Both the position numbers and the translations under genes were made by a program. This document shows positions 19,543 through 27,242 of a stretch of 64,000 nucleotides of DNA, piece after piece. The stretch lies in the NCBI GenBank assembly GCA_000002435.2, contig CM018791.1; one strand, 5' to 3'. The number at the start of each line of letters is the position of its first letter. Positions within the stretch are counted from its first letter, which is position 1. Under the pieces are notes generated by a model. The model was not told the origin of the DNA, ran no database searches, and was given only the letters and a program-made list of their open reading frames with translations. This stretch comes from Giardia intestinalis. Lineage: Eukaryota.

Positions 19543-21234
19543 TAGAAGTGCTTCGCCTGACGGTTATAATAGCAATTTCCATTAAAATATATGGTTAACA
19601 TGTACACTACTTCCTCTGCCAAGGTAGCCCTTCCCAATGGCAACACACCCCAGCAAATGGGCAGTCTGACTGTTCAACAAACATTGCTGTAAGAACACTA
19701 CGATCGTGTAATAACTGTCAATCCTACTGTAACTTTTGATATGTACTAGATTGGTCTCGCATAAATTAAAATTTACTAGCCCGTGATAGGATGAAACCGG
19801 TGCTAGCATATGCACCCACGTAGAGTCGTAAGCAAGCAATCTTGAAGGAAATCCATTCTATGGCCATCAGAGAACGCTGCTCCAGAAAGCAAAGCAGGGG
19901 CGAGACAACTGATCTTTGAGTGGAAACAATGCATCAATTGAAGAGACCGTGAAGCAGGCATTCAGTGCTAGGGACATGTTAGTCAATTCTGGTCTGATGA
20001 CACAAAGTCTGCTACCGATCGAGTGAGATAGCCCTTCCTCGGCCAAAACGATGCATATAGCAGTAACCCTTGCTTTGTCTGCCATAAGAAACTCGCCTCT
20101 ATAAGATGTGGCGCACAAGGAAGGCAAGTTGCCTCCAAAAACTTGTTCCATAGTCATCGAGCCACGTACCCCCTAGCTGAACGGCAATTCATGGGAATGT
20201 CCGGCAAAAGAGCCCCATATATCGCCGAAAGCGTAGAGAAACAGCGTGTAGTACTCCAAAAGATAAAACAGATCCGTCGCGTCTCGTAGGCGTGGCACAG
20301 AATAAAAGCGTGCAGCCAGGGAACAAGTGCAGAGCGAAATAAGCATTGCTAAGCGTTTAGAGCTGCAATGCAGTGAAACAAAAGCATAGAATCGTGGAGC
20401 TGTAGTGAGAAGTGGGCAGTCGCATCCTTGTGGAAGACGCCGAGCCACACAAGCCCCACGCCATGTAGCAGTGCATCAAAGGGGGTGCAGTATGTGCTAA
20501 TTTTCAAAGAAGGACATGTAAACACTCCTCCACCACAATTATAATAAAAAGCGAGCTACTTGGAGTCGTGTCGTCACTCACTTGTACCTGGAACCTGCAC
20601 GCCTGCTCATAACTGTGCCGCGCACACTCAGCTGGGCAATCTGTGCACTGTCTGGAGCTATTGTGATAGGTGACAGCCCCTTCTCAAGTCCGCTTGGGGC
20701 CATGGGTGGACGCCAACCGAAAGATCCTGGGCTGTAGAGCCCCGGGCTGCGAGATACCATTCCTATATGCTGGAAATACGTACGTACAGCTGCTCTGCCT
20801 CAGAGTAGCCTCGGAAACGGCCGATTTGTGCAACTTGCCATGAAAACTGGATTTCAGGTCAAACGCAAATCAATTTCGAAAGAGCCATCACTTTTACCAA
20901 AAGAAATAAGACGGCGGTACACATGCCACAGCATGGTGCCAGGTGCCATCAACCCTCAATAGAACCTTACTGTAAGCCCCCGCTATTTTACTGTAAGCTG
21001 GACAAATGATTTTGACAAGGACAATTATCGCGAACCGCAGGATATGGGCCGCTGCAGATGGCAATGAATGTAAACTAACAGAGTTGTAAACAGTGTTTGG
21101 TCCCGCCTAGGTCATGGGATGAAAGGGCGGTCAACTTTGTCTCTGCAGGACAGAGGCGCTCCGCAAGAAGCCATGTGACACATACTAAAGAACAACACGA
21201 TCATGTTAGAAAGCTAATAATACAGGTGAGTTAC

Positions 21235-22242
21235 ATGAAAATTAAATGTCCAGTAAGCTGTAAAAAAATGGATCTGCTCAATACGTATAGCCCGAAGCAT
21301 CTCTCTATCTTGTCGGCCGTCGCCGCGCACGTAAAAGAGGTTCTGTTTCTTCCGTCTACAGTGGAAGAGCTGCTTGAAAACCTAGAGTACCTGCACAAGT
21401 GTGTCAGCAAGGTTCGGGTCAAGTGGCAGGCAATATCAAAGGACATCGGTATCACAGGACGGGAAGCATATAGATGGTATAACGAGGTGCACGTCCGTAA
21501 GCTGTTTCGCGGTATCATGACCCCCGAGGACCGCCAAGCCCTCCAAGGGATTATTCTACAAGGAATTTATGACAGAAGCATCCTTCTGCCTAACTTTCGG
21601 AAGGTTGCTCGGTCTAAGCTGTGTGCTGATTACCCTCTCCAGATCTTCACAATGACATACAATAACCTTTTGCGGTCGAAGACTGTGCGAGAGGCTCTGA
21701 TCTACGAGAGGGTGCTGCTCCCGATGCGCTCGGCTCCCTCCAGGCCGTCCAGGCAGCCCGCCCCCGAGGTGTCTGGGCCCGCTCCGGTTAGCCAGGTCGC
21801 CATGGAACCCCCTCCGTATTTTCCACGATTTCCCTCTGTGGCTCCCCCGCCCCAGATGGTTCCACCTTACATGGCTCCTCCACCCCACATGCGCCATCCA
21901 TTTTTCGGTATAGAGTCCCACCAGGCCCAAAGCTGGCCAAATCCTTTTGCTTGTAGCGTTCCACTGGATAGAGTTTATCCCTACTCCTATCCCTATCCAT
22001 ACTCGGGTGAGTACGCGCACAATTTCGCTCCCGATGCGCCTCTCCCTGGTATGAGAGACGCCCCCATGGGCAACTCGGGATTGTACCTGAGTACTGCCCC
22101 GGACATGAATTCGTCTTGTTCTGGTCACTCGTTTTTCGACGAGATAGCCAATAAAAGTGATAGCAATCAGGTTCTATTGGCTTCTAGCGTGGCCCAAGGA
22201 GACTATTCTTCTGGTTCGAGCTACGATCATATGCATGTATAG
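21235..22242 (+). CDS. Hypothetical protein with proline-rich C-terminal half; possible single Myb/SANT-like helix
   Basis: The ORF is open from a TTG at 21097, and the first in-frame ATG is at 21235. A W...W-spaced segment (KWQAISKDIGITGREAYRWYNEV) resembles a SANT/Myb repeat. The C-terminal half is PPxY/YPY-rich. Confidence 0.45.
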   Translation: MKIKCPVSCKKMDLLNTYSPKHLSILSAVAAHVKEVLFLPSTVEELLENLEYLHKCVSKVRVKWQAISKDIGITGREAYRWYNEVHVRKLFRGIMTPEDRQALQGIILQGIYDRSILLPNFRKVARSKLCADYPLQIFTMTYNNLLRSKTVREALIYERVLLPMRSAPSRPSRQPAPEVSGPAPVSQVAMEPPPYFPRFPSVAPPPQMVPPYMAPPPHMRHPFFGIESHQAQSWPNPFACSVPLDRVYPYSYPYPYSGEYAHNFAPDAPLPGMRDAPMGNSGLYLSTAPDMNSSCSGHSFFDEIANKSDSNQVLLASSVAQGDYSSGSSYDHMHV

Positions 22243-22264
22243 GTTAGATTATAAATTCTTCAAG

Positions 22265-22271
22265 AGTAAAT
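22265..22271 (+). promoter_or_regulatory. AGTAAAT polyadenylation signal
   Basis: AGTRAAY motif 22 nt after the stop at 22242 and just before the next ATG at 22279. Confidence 0.45.
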
Positions 22272-22278
22272 AGTCGTT

Positions 22279-23229
22279 ATGGACTCGCTTCTGGCGGCAA
22301 TAGCAAGCCTGCGCGAGAACCCGGGAGCGAGGGGGGTGCAGACCGATAACGTTATCCTACAGGACCGGGCTCAGGGGCTGACCACGGTTGTCCTGCGGCG
22401 CAGAGAGGCCTTAGAGTCGAAGGTTAAGAGTCTCAAGTCTCAGACACCAGATGCACTGGGATCGCCAGACCCAGCTGACCAGCTTGTGATGGCGCCACAC
22501 AATGGCCTTATACTCATCAGGAACAGATTCAACATTATGGATGTACATCTACTCCTCTGCGCTGCAGAATTCGTCCATCAACTACAGCCTCTGGTGCTGA
22601 GTGACATGGAAGTAGTGCAGCCTCTTCTAGGGCGCGGAATTTTGGCTGCGTACAATGCCGGCAAGCTATCAGGGGCCAGTCAGCCCCGCAAACACATCCA
22701 ATTGATAGGGCTTCCTTTCCTCTCCAAGAATGAGTGGAATGTCTTTCCACTGAGGGCCCTTGTAGAACGTGAGCTTTCAGACCCAGATAGATGTGATGAA
22801 CCAGCTCAACTTTCCGTGTTTGCTGGGCGGAACCACGGGGTGATTCGCTTCAAAAGACCTCCATCACCAGCGAAGCTATATGCGCATTACACCAAGCTCC
22901 TAGAATATTGCAATGCTGGTGATCTTATCACCGTCAACAAGCACGAACTCGGCCTAGGCTTCGACAGGCCCTCGGCCAGTGCGCCTGAAGATGCTAGTGA
23001 TGAGTGCATGGTACAGGTTTATCGCCGCGATTTTTCATTGCTCATTGCTGAGGAGTTCATCTTCATAGGTGTGCGCGAAACTGAAAAGCCCTTTGAAATA
23101 GGGTGTAACAGCATAAGCTACACAGGAAACCTGTTTGTTAGCAGTGATGATCAGGAGCGGACAGTCGCTGAGGTGGGGCCGTTTGCTGTGCTGGCTGCGG
23201 GTCTGGAAGAACTTCCGCCTAAAAAATAA
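22279..23229 (+). CDS. Hypothetical protein (316 aa)
   Basis: Clean ATG ORF. Its TAA stop overlaps the ATG of the first alpha-giardin (TAATG at 23227-23231). No family was recognised. Confidence 0.55.
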   Translation: MDSLLAAIASLRENPGARGVQTDNVILQDRAQGLTTVVLRRREALESKVKSLKSQTPDALGSPDPADQLVMAPHNGLILIRNRFNIMDVHLLLCAAEFVHQLQPLVLSDMEVVQPLLGRGILAAYNAGKLSGASQPRKHIQLIGLPFLSKNEWNVFPLRALVERELSDPDRCDEPAQLSVFAGRNHGVIRFKRPPSPAKLYAHYTKLLEYCNAGDLITVNKHELGLGFDRPSASAPEDASDECMVQVYRRDFSLLIAEEFIFIGVRETEKPFEIGCNSISYTGNLFVSSDDQERTVAEVGPFAVLAAGLEELPPKK

Positions 23230-24119
23230 TGTCTGCCACGGTATCCACAGTGTCCGCGGATCTTCACAAAGCAATAGATGCTGGAGACGAGGACAAGATA
23301 ACCAAGATTACTGCGTCGTATGGATCTGAGCAGCGCGATAAGATCATTCCAGCCTATCACGCAAACTATGGCATCCCTCCCTCGGAAGCCATCCGCAAAG
23401 CGTTTAAGACAGGCTTCTATGAAACAATGATTGTGCACGCGTGGACTTCACGCTTTGAGCTCCGGGCGAAATTGATTCACGAGTCTATTAAAGGGAAGAT
23501 AGATGTGATAACACTACTGGATCTGGTTATAGCTTGCATGCCTGACGACTGGTACGGCACGAAGGTCTGTTACACAAAGCTCTATGGACGCGAACTTGTT
23601 AGAGAAATAGACGAAGTGATAGGGGTGGGTACTCCTTGGCAGAGTCTTGTTTCTGGCTGGGTCAAGCATGATAGAAAGTATCGCAAGTCAATAAAGAGTG
23701 ATGCGGAGGCGTTTCGAATGGCGCTAGACAGTGACAACTACGAAGTCCTCGGAAGTATGCTTGCGACAAGTGTCCCAGATGAATGGATGCGGATTGCCGC
23801 TGCATACGAAGAGACCACTGGGATGCCTATTGACCAGGCGATTGCATCCCGGTACGTGAAGGTGGACCAGACGGCCTTAATTCTAGCACACCACTGGCTT
23901 TGCGACCCGGGCCAGGCGGCTGCGTATATCTGCTCTCAGTGTTGCGCTGAGCGCAAAGGCAACTACGCACGGATTTGTCGCTTCACCTCCATGATGTACG
24001 ACCATTGCCTGAAGTGCAAGTACGCCTACAGGGCGTATGGGTCCCTCGCAATGGATATTCGGAAATGCTTCGAGCCTAAGCTAGCAAAGCATCTGCTAGT
24101 CTTTTGGCGCGTGGAGTAG
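23229..24119 (+). CDS. Alpha-giardin (annexin-like), array copy 1
   Basis: A 296-aa four-repeat annexin-like protein clearly paralogous to the three downstream copies (shared motifs such as LI..ALSGKND...DLVI.C..EDW and C.RIT.MM.D.CLA.KYAY..YG). The start context is aaaaaataATG. Confidence 0.85.
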   Translation: MSATVSTVSADLHKAIDAGDEDKITKITASYGSEQRDKIIPAYHANYGIPPSEAIRKAFKTGFYETMIVHAWTSRFELRAKLIHESIKGKIDVITLLDLVIACMPDDWYGTKVCYTKLYGRELVREIDEVIGVGTPWQSLVSGWVKHDRKYRKSIKSDAEAFRMALDSDNYEVLGSMLATSVPDEWMRIAAAYEETTGMPIDQAIASRYVKVDQTALILAHHWLCDPGQAAAYICSQCCAERKGNYARICRFTSMMYDHCLKCKYAYRAYGSLAMDIRKCFEPKLAKHLLVFWRVE

Positions 24120-24141
24120 TCTAGAGTTTGCGCATCTCATG

Positions 24142-24147
24142 AGTAAA
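24142..24147 (+). promoter_or_regulatory. AGTAAA polyadenylation signal of alpha-giardin copy 1
   Basis: It lies 22 nt after the stop at 24119. Confidence 0.5.
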
Positions 24148-24226
24148 GGCATGGTCTACTTGCAGTTTGAAACACGGTCATAATACTTTGGATAATTTGG
24201 CAGGCATCCAAAAAATAAAACCGCAA

Positions 24227-25120
24227 ATGGTCACCACGGTCCAAGATCTTGCAGAGCAGCTGAGGCAGGCTGTCGAAAGTTCCAATGAGCAGATGATAGC
24301 AGGACTGGCTAGCGCATACAGCGGTAAAGAACGAGAGAAGGTTCTGAGGGCGTATCTGAGCGCAACAGGTACCACTGCTGCCGACGCTATTCGTAAGGCC
24401 CTCAAGAACGGCCCCACCGAGAACTTGCTCGCCTATCTTTGGGATAAGCCCGGAGATGTGCGTGCCAAACTTATCCGCAACGCGCTTTCGGGGAAGAACG
24501 ACGAAGCTGCCCTTATTGACCTTGTTATCCACTGCAGTTCTGAGGATTGGTACAATACATGCACGGAGTATACAACAGATTACAAAAGGGTTCTCAACGA
24601 CGACCTTCTTTCAGACATAGGGACAAAGGAGCAGTGGACAAAGGTTTTCAAGCACTGGATCCTCCACAAGAGGTCTGACCGCTTCGACATCGATGGAGAT
24701 GAGAAGCGCCTGGTCACAGCCATCGGCAAGAAGGACTACGACACCATTGCAGAGATGCTAGGAACCACATCGGTCAGCGAGTACGCAAACATAGTCAGGA
24801 GAGCTGAGGTAACCTTGGGCAAAACCATAGACCAGGCCCTCTCTGCGGTCTGGTCTAAGCAAGACTTGGCAGTGCTTCTAGCCGCGCACTACGAGCTCCT
24901 CCACCCGGCGCGTCTAGCCTTCCACTTGCTTAAGCAGGCGCTCGACGGCAAAAAGCCCGATGAGGCGCGCATCATACGCATCACGGCCCTTACTTTCGAC
25001 ACCTGCCTTGCGGTGAAGTATGCAGCATCCGAGGCTGGCTACGACATTGGTTCTGCATTCGCTAAGGCCCTAGATAAGCGTCTCGCTCCCCTGATTAAAA
25101 TCCTCTGGCGTGTTATGTAA
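24227..25120 (+). CDS. Alpha-giardin (annexin-like), array copy 2
   Basis: Paralogous to copy 1. The track start at 24167 is a TTG. The first ATG at 24227 gives a 297-aa product matching the family length. Confidence 0.85.
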   Translation: MVTTVQDLAEQLRQAVESSNEQMIAGLASAYSGKEREKVLRAYLSATGTTAADAIRKALKNGPTENLLAYLWDKPGDVRAKLIRNALSGKNDEAALIDLVIHCSSEDWYNTCTEYTTDYKRVLNDDLLSDIGTKEQWTKVFKHWILHKRSDRFDIDGDEKRLVTAIGKKDYDTIAEMLGTTSVSEYANIVRRAEVTLGKTIDQALSAVWSKQDLAVLLAAHYELLHPARLAFHLLKQALDGKKPDEARIIRITALTFDTCLAVKYAASEAGYDIGSAFAKALDKRLAPLIKILWRVM

Positions 25121-25140
25121 AGGCGGCTATTACGCTTTCG

Positions 25141-25147
25141 AGTAAAC
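25141..25147 (+). promoter_or_regulatory. AGTAAAC polyadenylation signal of alpha-giardin copy 2
   Basis: Canonical Giardia AGTRAAY 20 nt after the stop. Confidence 0.55.
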
Positions 25148-25318
25148 GATCTCCAGTTGTGTGAGCCAAAGGAGAAACAGTGGCCGGCTCCCTCTTTTTG
25201 TTTTCTGGCCCAGGTTCTCTAGGAGCCCATCTACGGTTTACCTGGGCTCGTATGAAGCCCTGTAAACCTTCGAACCCTTCGCATCAGTTGGTAGAGGTCT
25301 CAGGGGCAGGAAAAAATA

Positions 25319-26227
25319 ATGACGTCCACTGTTGCTCAGATATGCTCGGATCTCAAGGGGGCTATCGACAAAAAAGACGAGCTTCGAATTGCCTTCATTG
25401 CCTCTGAATATTCGTCGCCGAGTCGTCTTAAAATCGCGCAGAGCTATGAAGCAACCTACAAAACCCCGATCACTGAAGCCATCAAAAAGTCCCTGAAAGG
25501 AGGAACTGCCGAGGATTTACTGGTGAATATGTGGGTCAGTAGACATGAGCATCGCGCAGAGCTGATAAATAAAGCCCTAGGCGGTTCCAGCGACGAAGAG
25601 GCGATTCGCGAACTGGTGTTTCTCTGCAATCCTGAAGATTGGCACGAGACCGCGTCTGTTTATAACCAAAAGTATCAGAAGATCATGCAGGACGCCGTCA
25701 CAAAGGCGATTGGAAGCAAAAGTCATTGGGCAAAGCTTGTGGCAGGTTGGATGGAACACAAACGTGAAGATAGGGGGTCGGTTGAAAACGATGTCAAGTA
25801 TTTGAAGGAGCTCATAGACGCACCCGTGACGGACGGAAATGCGTTAGCGCAATTCTTTGCCAGCACAACCCCTGATGAGTACACTCAGATAGCAGACAAG
25901 TTTTGCGAAGAATATAATTTAAGCATTGATCAGGCTCTTGTGAGGCCGCTAAAGGAGAACGAAGACGATCTGGAGGCATATGCTGCTGCCCACTTTGCGC
26001 TCCACGGGCTTCCCGTCTTGGCGGCCCAACTCATCAACAAAGCATGCAGACCCAAGAACGGAAACGAGCGAAGTATCTGCAGAATAACAACCCTCATGGT
26101 TGATCAGTGCTTGGCGGCAAAGTATGCGTATAAACTCTATGGAGACATGGGGGCAGACCTGTCTCGCTGCTTTGACGAGCGAATGGCCCCTATTTTGCGC
26201 ACGCTATGGCGCGTCACAGATGCATAG
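25319..26227 (+). CDS. Alpha-giardin (annexin-like), array copy 3
   Basis: A 302-aa paralogue with the same aaaaaataATG start context as copy 1. Confidence 0.85.
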   Translation: MTSTVAQICSDLKGAIDKKDELRIAFIASEYSSPSRLKIAQSYEATYKTPITEAIKKSLKGGTAEDLLVNMWVSRHEHRAELINKALGGSSDEEAIRELVFLCNPEDWHETASVYNQKYQKIMQDAVTKAIGSKSHWAKLVAGWMEHKREDRGSVENDVKYLKELIDAPVTDGNALAQFFASTTPDEYTQIADKFCEEYNLSIDQALVRPLKENEDDLEAYAAAHFALHGLPVLAAQLINKACRPKNGNERSICRITTLMVDQCLAAKYAYKLYGDMGADLSRCFDERMAPILRTLWRVTDA

Positions 26228-26296
26228 GATAAGCGAACTCATGATGGAAATTCAAATTACCTTAAAATATATTTTCTGAGCGCTTACATTTAGAAA

Positions 26297-27187
26297 ATGC
26301 CGAAGCTATCCCAGATCGTCGCTGACATGAAGCAGGCCATCGATGCCAAGGACGAGGCCCAGATCGCGTTCATAGCGTCGGAATACTCTGCAGATGCGCG
26401 TCAGAGGATTGCGCAGGGGTACAGGGACCAATACGGCAAGGAGCTCCCCGACGACATCAAGAAGGCGCTCAAGGGCGGCTCCGAGGAGAGCCTCCTGATG
26501 GATCTCTTCAGCGATCGTCACGAGGTCCGCGCCCAGCACATCCGCGACGCGCTTTCCGGCAAGAACGACCACATGGCCTTCTTCGACACAGTCATTCTGT
26601 GCACCCCCGAAGACTGGCACGAGACCGTCGCCGCCTACACGAGGATGTTCAAGAAGCCCCTCGTCGAGGACTTCATGAAGGATGTCGGCCGCAAGGAGAA
26701 TTGGTGTCTTTTCATGGAGAAGTGGATGGCTCACGAGCGCACTAGCCGTGAAGGCAGCCCTGACGAGGAAGCAGAGAAACTGAACAAGGCGTTCAGTGAG
26801 AGCGACCACGACTACATTTCCAGCTTCATGGCTGGGGTGCCTCCCGAAGAATACAAGTCCATCAACACCAGCTTCAAGAGCCTTACAGGAAAGGGCATCG
26901 ACCAGGCCTTCGCCACCATCTATACGGGGACTGACTACTACTCCCTGTACTGCGCCCACTTTGCTCTTCTTGGCATGCACAAGCTTGCCGCCTACCTGGT
27001 CAACTGCGCCTGCAACGATAAGGGCGACGAGAAGCGCATGAGGAGGATCACGGGCATGATGGTCGACAAGTGCTTGGCTGCAAAGTATGCCTACAAGACC
27101 TACGGGAGTATGAAAGCCGACGTCGAAAGGTGCTTTGATAAGCGCATGGCTCCGATCCTCTGTACCCTCTGGCGCCTAAGGGAGTGA
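26297..27187 (+). CDS. Alpha-giardin, alpha-1/alpha-2-giardin-like (array copy 4)
   Basis: At 296 aa it is closest to the recalled alpha-1/alpha-2 giardin sequence (KELPDDIKKALKGGSEESLLMDLFSDRHEVRAQHIRDALSGKNDHMAFFDTVILCTPEDWHETVAAYTRMFKKPLVEDFMKDVGRKE, CACNDKGDEKRMRRITGMMVDKCLAAKYAYK). The exact paralogue number cannot be assigned without a database. Confidence 0.9.
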   Translation: MPKLSQIVADMKQAIDAKDEAQIAFIASEYSADARQRIAQGYRDQYGKELPDDIKKALKGGSEESLLMDLFSDRHEVRAQHIRDALSGKNDHMAFFDTVILCTPEDWHETVAAYTRMFKKPLVEDFMKDVGRKENWCLFMEKWMAHERTSREGSPDEEAEKLNKAFSESDHDYISSFMAGVPPEEYKSINTSFKSLTGKGIDQAFATIYTGTDYYSLYCAHFALLGMHKLAAYLVNCACNDKGDEKRMRRITGMMVDKCLAAKYAYKTYGSMKADVERCFDKRMAPILCTLWRLRE

Positions 27188-27216
27188 GCGCCTTTACTGC
27201 GGGGTTTCCTTTCGCT

Positions 27217-27223
27217 AGTGAAT
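27217..27223 (+). promoter_or_regulatory. AGTGAAT polyadenylation signal of alpha-giardin copy 4
   Basis: AGTRAAY motif about 30 nt after the stop at 27187. Confidence 0.45.
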
Positions 27224-27235
27224 TGCCTAGCGGGT

Positions 27236-27242
27236 GTTTACT
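27236..27242 (-). promoter_or_regulatory. AGTAAAC polyadenylation signal overlapping the stop codon of the minus-strand membrane-protein gene
   Basis: The minus strand reads cAGTAAACa, with the TAA stop (27238-27240) embedded in the motif. Confidence 0.55.

Noticed and set aside
19995-20060. TGATGA (C-box-like) motif in the 19.5-21.2 kb gap as a possible C/D snoRNA
   Set aside because: No appropriately spaced CTGA D box and no terminal stem were found, so the evidence is insufficient.
25284-25296. tRNA D-arm-like 13-mer tcagttggtagag upstream of alpha-giardin copy 3
   Set aside because: There is no acceptor stem, anticodon arm or T-loop (GGTTCGA) in the flanks. It is probably a chance match. 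No convincing tRNA was found anywhere in the window by eye.
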